DNA from: Mytilus californianus
Lineage: Eukaryota
Assembly: GCF_021869535.1 (NCBI RefSeq)
Contig: NW_026262723.1
Coordinates: 88,722,001-88,786,000, forward strand
Length of the DNA: 64,000 nt
Reading direction: 5' to 3'
The notes under the pieces were generated by a model. The model did not search any database, was not told the origin of the DNA, and saw only the letters and a list, made by a program, of their open reading frames with translations. Position 1 is the first letter of the stretch, and each line of letters begins with the position of its first letter. Positions 23,621 to 47,889 of the stretch are shown here, piece by piece. The translations under genes and the position numbers were made by a program.

Positions 23621-24745
23621 ATATTTTCATCCAGCGAGAATTTGATGCTGTTGTCAGATATTCATCGTATTTACAACTCAAGACTCGGTGCGATTTAGGC
23701 CGTATCTTACGGCGTTTGTGTTTGTCCATCTTCATCGTATGGTAACCTGTAGATGCCCTTTTTATCAACTCGTTTAGATGTGTTGCTGTCTTCTAGCTGT
23801 TATATTCATAATAACAAGGAGATTATAATGTATCAAAATAAAAGAATTCTCAAAACACAATTTTCGTTATTACTTACGTTCAATTTACAGTACCTAAAAT
23901 GATGAATACCATAGTTCATTTAATGTCACAAAATAATCCTCCATTGAAGTTTATTCGGGTAAGGATGTTATCTCTAATTTTAAATTGACGGTATTCAAAT
24001 AAATGGAGTTCAATATTTAAAGAAATACCACATCGAAGAGGTAACAATACTATAATTTATCTGTCATTGTCTTTAACCTTTTGAATAGCATGTTTTGTTC
24101 GACTAGTACACCGAATATCTAAATTCGGTTAATAATACAGTTACGGTATGAACGTCGATAACGGAGATACAAGCTTGACAGATTTTCAATTTATAGACAT
24201 AGACCAACTTGATATTCCGCATTTCGGCGCACCGATACAAACATGTTAAACGTTTATACGTTTTCTTTAGTTAATTTTCATTTGACTTTTTAATAATTTC
24301 AATAAAAACTTAAGTTCCAACCGGCTCATGTGAATTAATCGTAGTTGGTTATAACTACTCTTTTTATAACCTTTCGTCTCATTTAGTCCCCCTTGTATAT
24401 TTATTTATTTTCATGTTTGGTTTTCCTGACTTTGGTTCAGAGCGTTCCTTTTAAATAATTATTTAGAAAGGTGCCTCAAACGCAGCATAATCGTATGATT
24501 GATTTTGATTTACTACCACTGGCCGTCGATACTTTCCTAGTGGCCTATAAGTCAGGAACGAGCTGGTGTCCAGGGAGACAATAAACTTGCTACTGTCCTC
24601 ATAGCCAGTAAATATAAGTGTATATTATTCACAGGATTCCGCGGGTTACTCTTCACCAAACTCATATATATCAATTCTTAGACTGGTTGTAGTTTCCCGC
24701 TATATATTTTTATTCTTATATATCTTCACTTTTCAAATATTTGGG

Positions 24746-25834
24746 TTTTTGTCGAGCCTGCGACTTTTGTCGCAGAAAGCTCGACATAGGGATAGTGATC
24801 TGGCGGCGGCGGCGGCGGTGTTAGCTAACTTCTTAAAAGCTTTATATTTTAGAAGGTGGAAGATCTGGTTGCTTCATACTTTGTATATGGATGCCTCATG
24901 TTATGAAGTTTCCGTCAGTCACATGTCCAATGTCCTTGACCTCATTTTCATGGTTCAGTGACTACTTGAAAAAAAGTTAAGATTTTTTGTAATGTTAAAT
25001 TCTCTCTTATTATAAGTAATAGGATAACTATATTTGATATGTGCGTACCTTGCAAGGTCCTCATGCCCGTCAGACAGTTTTCACTTGACCTCGACCTCAT
25101 TTCATGGATCAGTGAACAAGGTTAAGTTTTGGTGGTCAAGTCCATATTTCAGATACTATAAGCAATAGGTCTAGTATATTCGGTGTATGGAAGGACTGTA
25201 AGGTGTACATGTCCAACTGGCAGGTGTCATCTGACCTTGACCTCATTTTCATGGTTCAGTGGTTATAGTCAAGTTTTTGTGTTTTGGTCTGTTTTTCTTA
25301 TACTGTATGCAATAGGTCTACTATATTTGGTGTATGGAATGATTGTAAGGTGTACATGTCTAGCTGGCAGGTGTCATCTGACCTTGACCTCATTTTCATG
25401 GTTCAGTTGTCAAAGTTAAGTTTTTGAGTTTTGGTCTTTTTTTCTTATACTATATGCAATAGCTCAACTATATTTGGTATACGGAAATATTTTATGATCT
25501 ATATGTCAGTCACGCAAGTTTTATTTGACCTTGACCTCATTTTCAAGGTTCATTGCTCAGTTTTAAGTTTTTGTGTTTTGATCTGTTTTTCTTAAACTAT
25601 AAGCAATAGGTCAACTATATTTGTTATATGAAATAATTGTTAGCTGTACATGCCTGTCTAGCATGGTTCATCTGACCTTGACCTCATTTTCATGGTTTAT
25701 TGGTCAATGTTTAGTTTACTTGGTTAATGTTAAGTTTATGTGACAGTTGTAATAAAGCTTTATATTTAGGACTATCAACATAATATCAATGATAAGTAAA
25801 GAAGGCGAGACATTTCAGCGTGTGCACTCTTGTT
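24746..25834 (+). mobile_element. Full HINE-like element, family E
   Basis: 5' TTTTTGTCGAGCCTGCG, (GGC)n, ~160-bp units with TCTGACCTTGACCTCATTTTCATGGTTCA, 3' AGGCGAGACATTTCAGCGTGTGCACTCTTGTT; fragments at 15680-15890 and 16490-16815. Confidence 0.75.
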
Positions 25835-26041
25835 ATATTTTATAAAGCATTTATGGGCGGGATTTTAAGTATTTTGTCGTCAATTTGTTCTATACATAAT
25901 TAGGCTATTCTGATTGCATTTAAGAGTTTTTAAGAGTGTTGGTTTTGATCTTTGGTGTATTAACCTTAAATTGTTAGTTTTATTACAAAGTTGGGATGAT
26001 TGTTTGTTTTACGAAGAGCTTGCATTATTCTGTACAATATT

Positions 26042-26612
26042 AGTTATCTTGGTGTAATCAGGGGTGTACAGAATTTTACACCGTTGTTGAAAATTCATAC
26101 ACCCTGAGGCCGCGGCAGCCGAATGGGTGTATGAATTTTCAACAACGGTGTAAAATTCCGTACACCCCTGATTACACCAAGATAACGAATTTATTTCTTA
26201 TGAACAATTCCTTTACCCAATTTTAAACCGGGATGTAAAATTGAAAAATGCTAATGAAAAATTTCCAGTGTAACATTTTTTCAACGTCGATGTTGCTGCG
26301 CACTGTTAAATACTTTTTTTCTTTATTTTTGGGAAATTCAAAATTTTTTGTGTTCTTTCGAATTTTCAGGAAAAAAAAATTAAAAAAAATGTTTAAATTT
26401 TTTTTACAAATTTTTGTCCTCAAATTTATTCATTTTTTATTTTTTATTTTTTTTTTTTTTGACTTTTTATTTTTTTTCTTCATTTTGGCAAAATTTTATT
26501 ATTTTAAATTTTTTGACAAAATTTATTTATCCCGGGGTGAACAAGGATGGGGTGTTATTTACACCGGGGTAATTAACCAATCAGATTGCAGTATTTATGT
26601 TGCATAAGAAAT
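26042..26612. mobile_element. Long-hairpin element H4 (nearly perfect arms)
   Basis: About 62-bp arms at 26042-26186 with about one mismatch, loop GAGGCCGCGGCAGCCGAA; module bounded by ATTTCTTATG (26193) / CATAAGAAAT (26603), CCAATCAG at 26577. Confidence 0.7.
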
Positions 26613-26737
26613 AATAGTATTTATTATATTAACCGTTAATGAATTTCACGGTTTTGAATCTGTTTCCTTTTATTGATCTTTATATTATACGATGGTATCC
26701 AAGACCTTTGATGACTGGTAGCAGTTTCTTTGTCATC

Positions 26738-26911
26738 CAGTGGCGGATCCAGAACTTTTCATAAAGGGGGGGGGGGGGCGCTGACTGACCTAAGGGGGGG
26801 CCGCTCCAGTCATGCTTCAGTGATTCCCTATATAATCAACCAAATTTTTGCCACAAAGGGGGGGGGGGGCGGCCCCCCCCCCCCCCCAGGCCCCCCCTGG
26901 ATCCGCCTATG
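26738..26911. mobile_element. MITE with CAGTGGCGGATCCAG/CTGGATCCGCCTATG termini and 5-bp TSD TCATC
   Basis: TIRs and flanking TCATC (26733-26737, 26912-26916) read directly from the sequence. Confidence 0.7.
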
Positions 26912-28724
26912 TCATCATATGTACAGTTTTTACTTTATATTATTGAGATTGTTCTTGTATGGTACAATGCAAACTTGCTTCAACAGTAGTCTAGGTGTGT
27001 TTTCATTTACATTTTGTACAGAGGAAAGAACATTCCTTGCTTTAGATTTTATAACATCTTCCTTAGCGCTGGAATGAATAAGTAAGCTAAGCCTAATTAA
27101 TATTTCAAATTGCGGTTGAATGTATAATATCACACCTCTAAATAAAGCTTATTGTAGAACTATAGGCTACAAGGAACCTGCTCATCTGTCATTTTTGCAC
27201 AGCATTGAGAAAATGTAAAACGGATACTTGATTAAAACTATACATAACCACAACAAAAACGCACCACATCTTACCATATATAATTATAGTAGTTTCACGA
27301 TAATTTTATCTCGTTTTTGCTACTAATTTATCAGAAATCTATCATATGAATTCTATGCAGAGTTTACAGAGAAATTTTCATTAAAATAATGGCACGGGGG
27401 GGTTCAATCACAAAAGTCAGAGATAAGTCAATTTCAAATTAGCCATTAGACAAGAGTTCGATTAAGAAATTGAAAATTCAAAGCCATTTTCGTTGTTTTC
27501 AAGTAAAAATATACACACGACTTTAGTCTTCACAAAAATTGCAATGTGTGTGTGTGTGTAGGGGGAGGGGTGTAAAATGTGTGTTCTGAGATGTCGAAAA
27601 TCAAAATTAATCGGAAAATTTTCAATTTCACAGAATTTGGTGTTTTTGACTCACAATAATTTCGACCCATTTTATTGCTGATTATTTTTGGGTATCCATT
27701 GTGGTTTTCAAGTACTAGAAATAGGCAAGAAAATGCAAAAATGATATTGTGATTATGTGTCGCAACTCCTGTAATGAGTCAAATTGAGTTATTAGTATGT
27801 TTGCTGTTCAAAGTTTCAAGATATTAGGAAAACACTCTAACGTTGGTCAAAAATCATTATTCAAAGTCAGCAACTCATAAGGGGTCGAATGAGGACTTCA
27901 GTCACGTTGAATAATTTGTAGATCTTGTCAGCTGATAATGTTTACTGTCAGTCTGTTAAACATGTTAAAGTTTTCAATAATATAGCCAAAAACACAAAAA
28001 TAGATAAAACTCGTCCCTTGTTATAGGACGATTTAATTGTTTGTCCATTCAATTTTTGTAGATTTTGTACAGCTGATGGTGTTTGCTGTTTCACGTTTCT
28101 CTCTATCTACATGATATATTATAGTTAACAAGATTCAGTAGTTAAACTGAGCAACCAATCCATGATGGGTTAATTAAACTCGTCATTGAAGGGCAATAAC
28201 TCTTATATGCAGAGCTGGGGACAGACTTTGGCCATGTTAAAAATTAAATTACTGACGTATTTGTAGTTGTCTTGCTGATATTTTTTCTGTTTCTCTCTTT
28301 TAATTGTTATAATTGTCAAAAATAATAGAAACAAAAATGCAAAAGAATGGTGAACAAAAATCGTCAAATAAGGATAACAACTCCTACGTAAGGTGTCACA
28401 TGGCACTTTTGTTCAAATTGGACAGTAGGAAGATCATTTTATTCCCCCAGATTTTCTTATCTATAACTGTTTTCAAGATAATGATTAATCAACATTTGAA
28501 TTTTCTTCTATTTTTTTTCTATAGTTTTAAGGCATGTGGCCATGTTGATCTGATCTGCAGGAAGGATTATATTTTTGAATGATGACTGTTGCTAAGTTTG
28601 GTCCCTAAAGGAACAGTAGTTTCATAGGGGAATATATTATGTACAAGTTAACGGGCACGGACAGGCCGAGGGGCGAGATAAAAATATAAATATGAGATTG
28701 CCTCCCCCTTATATTTACACCTGT

Positions 28725-28747
28725 GTCACGTGATGATGACTTCCTGT
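28725..28747 (+). promoter_or_regulatory. Candidate proximal promoter motifs: E-box GTCACGTGAT and ETS-like GACTTCCTGT
   Basis: Both lie 40-65 nt upstream of the carboxylesterase ATG; motif match only. Confidence 0.3.
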
Positions 28748-28787
28748 TTTGGAATGTAAACGAAGGTGTAAAACAGTTAAATGCAAA

Positions 28788-41163
<12,376 letters not shown>

Positions 41164-43910
41164 TTATGTTTTAGATGAGGATTCTGTCTTTTTATTTGAA
41201 AATTGTAGGTGTATGAGATTATGTACAGTTAAAAAATATAATATACTGAAATATATAATATATCTTCTTTGTAAAATATCTTAATTATTGTGTTTATAGG
41301 CATTTAAAGTGAAACTTTTGCATCCCTACTAATAGGCATTGGTGGCAATTTTTAGAATGTAATCTGTTTTCAGTAGACTCAAATGTATTCACAAATATTC
41401 CAATTTTAAGCTGGAAAATATAATATTTATGATTCATCTTGAGTGCAACAGTTATTTTGATAATTACTAGAGGCTGCATGTCAATGTATGGTTGTTCTTT
41501 GGATTAGTAATATATATAATAAGTACAGGAATACCAATTCGATAAGCAATTTTTTTTCTGGAAGTTATGGATTTTCTGTACATAATAGCACCCTCACTAG
41601 TATGAAAATGAACTATAGTCAATAAGTTTAAGGTGGCAAATATTGGTTTGATAATTCTGTTTAATTCTATTTTCTATACTAAAAAAACTTCAAATGAAAC
41701 ATCATAAAGATCAAGCTTCTTCAAAGATTTAAAATCACATATGCTCAATTTATATAGTTAGATTGTAAATAAATTAATGTTCGATAAAGAATTTATTTGG
41801 TTGATCAATTTAGTAAGTCGGCTACCAGCATTTTTGTTTTATTCTTTTGTTTTGATACAGGTCAGTGCTGAAATTTATCATCATTATTTGGAAATATTCG
41901 TTTATTTTTTCCTAAATTATAAGGGAGTGTTTATAGAAGTATAACTTGTAAAATAAAACACTGTATAAATTGTTTAGTACCTGTTTGTGAACTTAAAAAG
42001 TGCTGTATATGTTATATATTTTGTTACTCAGATGTGTGTACAATTAACAGTAGATGTAATCAGATGTATATTATCATGTAAATATTTCCACAATCTTGAT
42101 TTTAAAATCTTGATAAAACTGTACCAATTACATTTTACCAAAGTCATTTTTCAGTATTCATTGTAAATTAATTTTGATGATTATTATGTTATTTTGCATG
42201 CCTCTATTACCATAAAAAGAATTTTTGAGGAAACACAATTATTTTGTAAAATCTATGTACAACATTTCCATATGCTTTCTAAAGTTTGTTTCCAAATGAC
42301 TGCAAAAGTTTGTGCTTGTTAAAAGGAGAAATATTTACAACTAAGCATTCAAAAATGACTTTTCACAGAAAGTATCAATATTTTAATCAGTTTTATATAC
42401 TTTTTTGTTAATAATTTGATCTAAGTTTTTAGTTTCATGGTTTATGGGATTTATTTGTGCATTGTTGAAATCTAATTTTAATCAAGGTTTTCATGCATTA
42501 TTAAAAAATTATCATATTTTTCTGATAAACATTTATCATACGAGACAAAAATGTATGACTGTATAATTTGACAGTATCTAATTATAAGTTGCTTATTCTT
42601 CAGGATTTTGCACAAGAAAGAAAGTAACATTCTTCAAGAACTATAAATCTCACATCATTATAACTTGTTAAATGCACCTTTTAGATGTAAGGGGGCAAAA
42701 TATCAGATTGAAAATGATTTTATATATGTTTTTTGTCTTGCCTGCGATGAAAGTTGCGGAAAGCGAGACAAAGGGATTCCTTTGACAATAACTGCTGTGG
42801 CGACGGCATCAACAATTGTTTAGTTTTCTGCTTAAGTTAGTTTGATAGGAATTACTTGTGATAGATCATTGATATTTAAATAAAGTTGCATTACTATCAG
42901 AACATATCAGTTTCATGACTATTTAAAGGCCCTGCCCCCTAGGTCACGGTCTGAATTTTATGCCAACAGGTGAGACATATCTCTGTGTAAACAGTTTATT
43001 ATAAATTTATATACTAAAAATATTTTGAGACAATTTTTAAGGAATACAAAAACTCTTTGAGATTTTGTATAATACCTGGCCAAGAAATGGTAATTTTTAT
43101 GATCATTATATTTTATACCTAAATTTGTGTTACCTACTAGCATAGCAGATTTGTCACACAAAGATCAGTTGCAATAAACACCTATGTTTTCCTATTCCTA
43201 AATTATAAAACTGTCCTACAGAGAAACATGGTTTGTTTAACAAAACTCTATAAAATTCTTTCTTGATACATTTGATTTATTCATTTCATTTTCCTATTTC
43301 ATATTCATATAATTAATATCTGTCTTTCACTGAGTCTGTGAATCAGTAACTGCAGCAGCTTATAAGTCTCATGGAAGACACAATTTTTATGTAAATTTTG
43401 TATATAAAATATATTTTTCATGTTGTACTTATTAATATCAGATTTTGTTTACAAATCTGTAGCAATATGAATATATATCTATAAACATTCCATTTATAGT
43501 CGTCCATTTTAAAATACAGTGTTTTACCTTTTTTGTCCCATTTACAGTCATGTATTTTTATGTCTATTCCTTTTCATACATTTCATTTTAATTGACCATC
43601 AAAATTCATTTATTTTTAGTGGATACCAATTTTCGTGGAATTTGGAAAATTGTATATAATAGATAATTGATTTCATGGTTTTGCAAAAGTGTATACAAGC
43701 ATTTAGAAAAAATTTGTGCTTCATTGAACATTTAAATTCTTGGTTTATCCTTACCTTTGATAATTGGAATTCCACAAATAATAAGGAATCCACATTTACA
43801 CAAACATTAACCTATACCAGGTTTGATGTTGCAGCTGACTTTTTTTTCCCTTGTCATGGAGTCAAAGTTGATTGTTTTGTTACAAATGTGCCATATTTAT
43901 ACAAAGTTAA

Positions 43911-44080
43911 TACAGTTGACTCTTATTATCTCACTTTTTTTTTCTGAAAAAAATTCCTATAATATGTCTGCCCCAAAAGATAGATTTGAGATATTTTCAA
44001 TTCTGATGTCTCAATATTTCTGCTATATCAAATATTTTTTGTCAGTCCGATAAATTTTGAGATAACTAGAGTTGACTGTA
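43911..44080. mobile_element. TA-flanked MITE (TACAGTTGACTC..GAGTTGACTGTA)
   Basis: 23-bp imperfect TIRs. Confidence 0.65.
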
Positions 44081-45945
44081 CTTTAAATAATCATTGTACA
44101 GTAAGTTGTAGTATACATTATATTGTTTGCTGTATATATTGTTTGCTGTATATATATATAAGGAAATGAAAAAAAGATATTGTTTTGATCTGAGATCATC
44201 TGATTTAAAATAATTTTGGTGCAGAAATTTATTGTTAGCTATATATATAAGGGAATGACTAAAATTTATTGTTAGATCTGTCTTAAAATTAATTTACTAT
44301 CAGTTGAAGAAGAGGAGGGAGGTATGATTAGCATTTTAATTATATTTGCCCTTTTTTTAACACAAAACAGATTGATTGATGATTGCTTTTGGTGGTAAAT
44401 ATTACATTTAATGTTCTTATTAGCTGAAATCAAAATGTCGTTTGGCCAGATGTATATAATGCATTATGCTTAGGTGTGTACTTTCTTGTTTTATAAAAGA
44501 TTTCTTTTTTATAAGTTTTATAACTGAAGCCTTAACTAAAGTTAAAGTATCCCTCAGTTAAAAAAAATAATGATCGTAATAAAAATGATTCCTGTTTGAA
44601 ATAACCGCTGGACATTAGGCAAACAACAGTCAATTAATCAACCTTTTTGTTAAAATGGTTAGGCAGTTTGCAAAATGAAAACATGTCTGTTTGGGAAAAT
44701 ATTGTTTTAATGTTACAGGGTTATTGGTATATTATTTAGTATGAATTATTGTTAAGATTTGTAACACAGTATGTACAGTACTGTCTAAATGCATAAGGGT
44801 TAAATGCATAATTAATTTTCTACTGATGTAAATAACACTGTACATATCAGAATATATTTCTCAGGTTTTTGTATTTGAGACTCAAATGAACATTATGTAA
44901 TCATAGCCTATTTTATAGCATTGATTTAGTCACTGTCTATCATCACCACTGGATATAGTTACCCTTGGCCTGGTTCTCTGTTCATTGTCTAAGAAAAACA
45001 ACATTACTGTACAGATACCAGCGTATAGCTACAATGAAAATTCAAAAATACAGAGTTAAGTATAGAGCAATAATGTACACAAAAAGCCTTTATTAGCAAA
45101 AATATCAATCATATTAAAATCATTCCATCAGATCTATGACTGTTTTATTGATATTATAATGTTTTAAAATGCAAATATAGTATTCATCACCATTTTGTAT
45201 ATTTTTTTTTCTACTAAAAGATGAGTTGATTTTTTACATGAGATATCTACAATACATATCAATGACTTTTAATAAATTTTACTATCTCATGAATTGTATG
45301 TTGTTCTCTATCTGACTTATAATTTTTTTATAAACCCTGTGAGGGATGTAAAAGATGATATCTATGTACATCTGTGTCTCTAACCATACCAACTTTCTTC
45401 TATCCCCTTGCAACGAAGTTGTAGGACGGATATAGAAACTTGTTTTATCTGTTCCTTTAAATAACACCTTGAAAAAAAAATATAACAAAAATACCGAACT
45501 CCTATGAAAATTCAAAAAGGGTAAGTCCATAAAAACTGACAAATCAATTGCTATCAGTCAAAGGAACAAGTGAAAAAAGACTGCCTTATTCCTGACTTTG
45601 TACAGGCATTTTCCGAAAAAAATGGTGGGTAAAACCTGGTTTTATTGCTAGCTAAACCTCCCACTTGTATGACAGTTGTTTATAGTTCCGTTATATTGAC
45701 AAATTGGGTGAGCAACCGAAACAAGACATGATAAATTAATGTGACAATAATTTGGATCCAGCAGCCAAAAATGAGTAAACATACATACAAATTATTCTAA
45801 CAAAGACGCCAACCATAAATGTGTAGTATACTCTAAAGCCTCAGGGTTAAGTTTACCTTCAATTTATCAACTACATTGCATTTGTAGTTGAAACTTTATT
45901 AGGTTTCGCTCTTTTTGTTATATACCAGTTTTCGGAAACTTTTTC

Positions 45946-46195
45946 AACCGCCCTGGCTTGAATGCAGGAGGTAGTGGGTTCAAACCAAAGCCAGGTCAAA
46001 CCAAAGACTTGAAAATTGATATTTGCTGCTTCTCTGCTAAGCATGCAGCATTTAGGAGTAAGAGCAAAGACTGGTAAGCTCAGAGTCAGAATAATGTGTC
46101 CTGGTAGAGTGGCACATTTTCCTGCTAACTCTTACCTTATGAACTAGCAGGTAGACATCTGAGTCAGTGAGTCGGTCTAGTACAAAGCAGGGTTT
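45946..46195 (+). mobile_element. Truncated Meta-domain SINE
   Basis: B-box GGTTCAAACC and Meta domain homologous to 40627-40985. Confidence 0.75.
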
Positions 46196-47299
46196 ATTTT
46201 TATTACATTATCATGTCCATTACCTCAATAGGAAATCAATTTGACACTGGATGTTAAACAGATGGATACTTAATTGATATGTTATCAAATAGAAGGTCAT
46301 ATCACAAGAAGTTGCAGATCCAGTTTGAGTTTCGTTCCTATTGAGTGATTTTTGAGAAATTATGGTCATTAGACATCCCTTTTTCTGTAATGCTTTAATA
46401 ATTGTTTTTAGAAATTTATTATATAGTCTTATTACAAGAAGCTTCATATTGACTTTGAGTTTCATTCTGTATGAGCCATTTTTGGCAAGAGTTGTAATCC
46501 TTTGACCAAGAAAATTCCTTTGGAAATATTAATGTTTGCCCCTTTTCTTGTAATGTCTAAATGAATAGATTAAATACACTCCTATCACAAGAGGTATATA
46601 TCCAGTTTGAGTCTTATTCTGGATGAACAATTTTTACTAGATTTGTGATCCTTGGACATATAAAATTCCTTGAAAATATTGATATTCCCCACTTTTTCCT
46701 TTAATGCCTGAATTAACTGATAGTAATAGTAATAGATCTAGCTTCAGTTTCGTCCTGGTAGAGCATTGTGACTCTAGAACACATAAAATTGCTCGTAAAT
46801 ATCAGTTTTCCTCACCTTTTTCTGTAATGCCTGAATAAATTGATTTGATAATTGGTATTCTTTCATATCATAGGAAGTTACAGATCCAGTTTGAATTTCG
46901 TTGTGACCAATGGTTTTCTGCAGCAGTTTTTGGTGCTTGTGCACATAGATATTGCTTTAAATATAGGCTTTAAATGAAATAAAAACTTTGTCTTTAAAAC
47001 TTATTCTAACACAATTAATGGTAAGCTGCAAAAATCACAACTATATAAGTATAAGTAACTTGATTCTTGTCCCCGTATGAGTGTAAACTCGTCCTTTGTA
47101 AACATTACAGCGAGAAACATATGTGACAAATTCAGCATAAATGAACAGTAAATGTGGAAAAGGAATCAATAAGTTTTTCTGCAATCCAACGAAGTCGAGG
47201 AGTTTCTTGCAGTATCTAAACTTGACCGACCATAGCCAGATTTCAGAAACGGATAAACCTACAGCCATATAATTTTATACGAAGTCGAATCATGGAGAG

Positions 47300-47590
47300 A
47301 TTGACCATATTAAGGCAACAGTAGTATACCGGTGTTCAAAAGTCATAAATCGATTGAGATAAAACAAATCCGGGTTACAAACCAAAACCGAGGGAAACAC
47401 ATCAACTATAAGAGGAAAACAAATGAACAACAGGAACACCGAAGTGCAACAAAAACAAACGCCAACACACATAGAAACGAACTATTTGATAACAACTGCC
47501 ATATTCCTGACTTGGTACAGGACATTTTCAGAAAAAATGGTGGGTTGAACCTGGTTTCATGGCATGCCAAACCTCCCGCTTTATGACAAT
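47300..47590 (+). repeat. Abundant interspersed repeat (ATAACAACTG.CATATTCCTGACTTGGTACAGG family); also at about 45470-45720 and 49748-49934
   Basis: Three homologous copies within the window. Confidence 0.7.
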
Positions 47591-47889
47591 GTTAAAAAAT
47601 ATCGCTAAAACACTACGTGACAGAAATATATAACATATGTTATACGAAGAAGGTCACACAACTCATATTTCATGACGCAAAAGATTTGATAAGTCTATGT
47701 GTGATTTCTAGAATGAATTCGTGTCTGACTTGGTAACTTTGTGTAATGATGCATTTAGGGGAGTGTGACAGATTCCCACAAAAAAGTCACTTTGCTCTAC
47801 AAAGTACGCTTTTAATTCATTTGTATTAAGTCTAACATCTGGATATAGATCTGAGTGACATACAATCCTATTACTGGGTTCAAAGGTGG

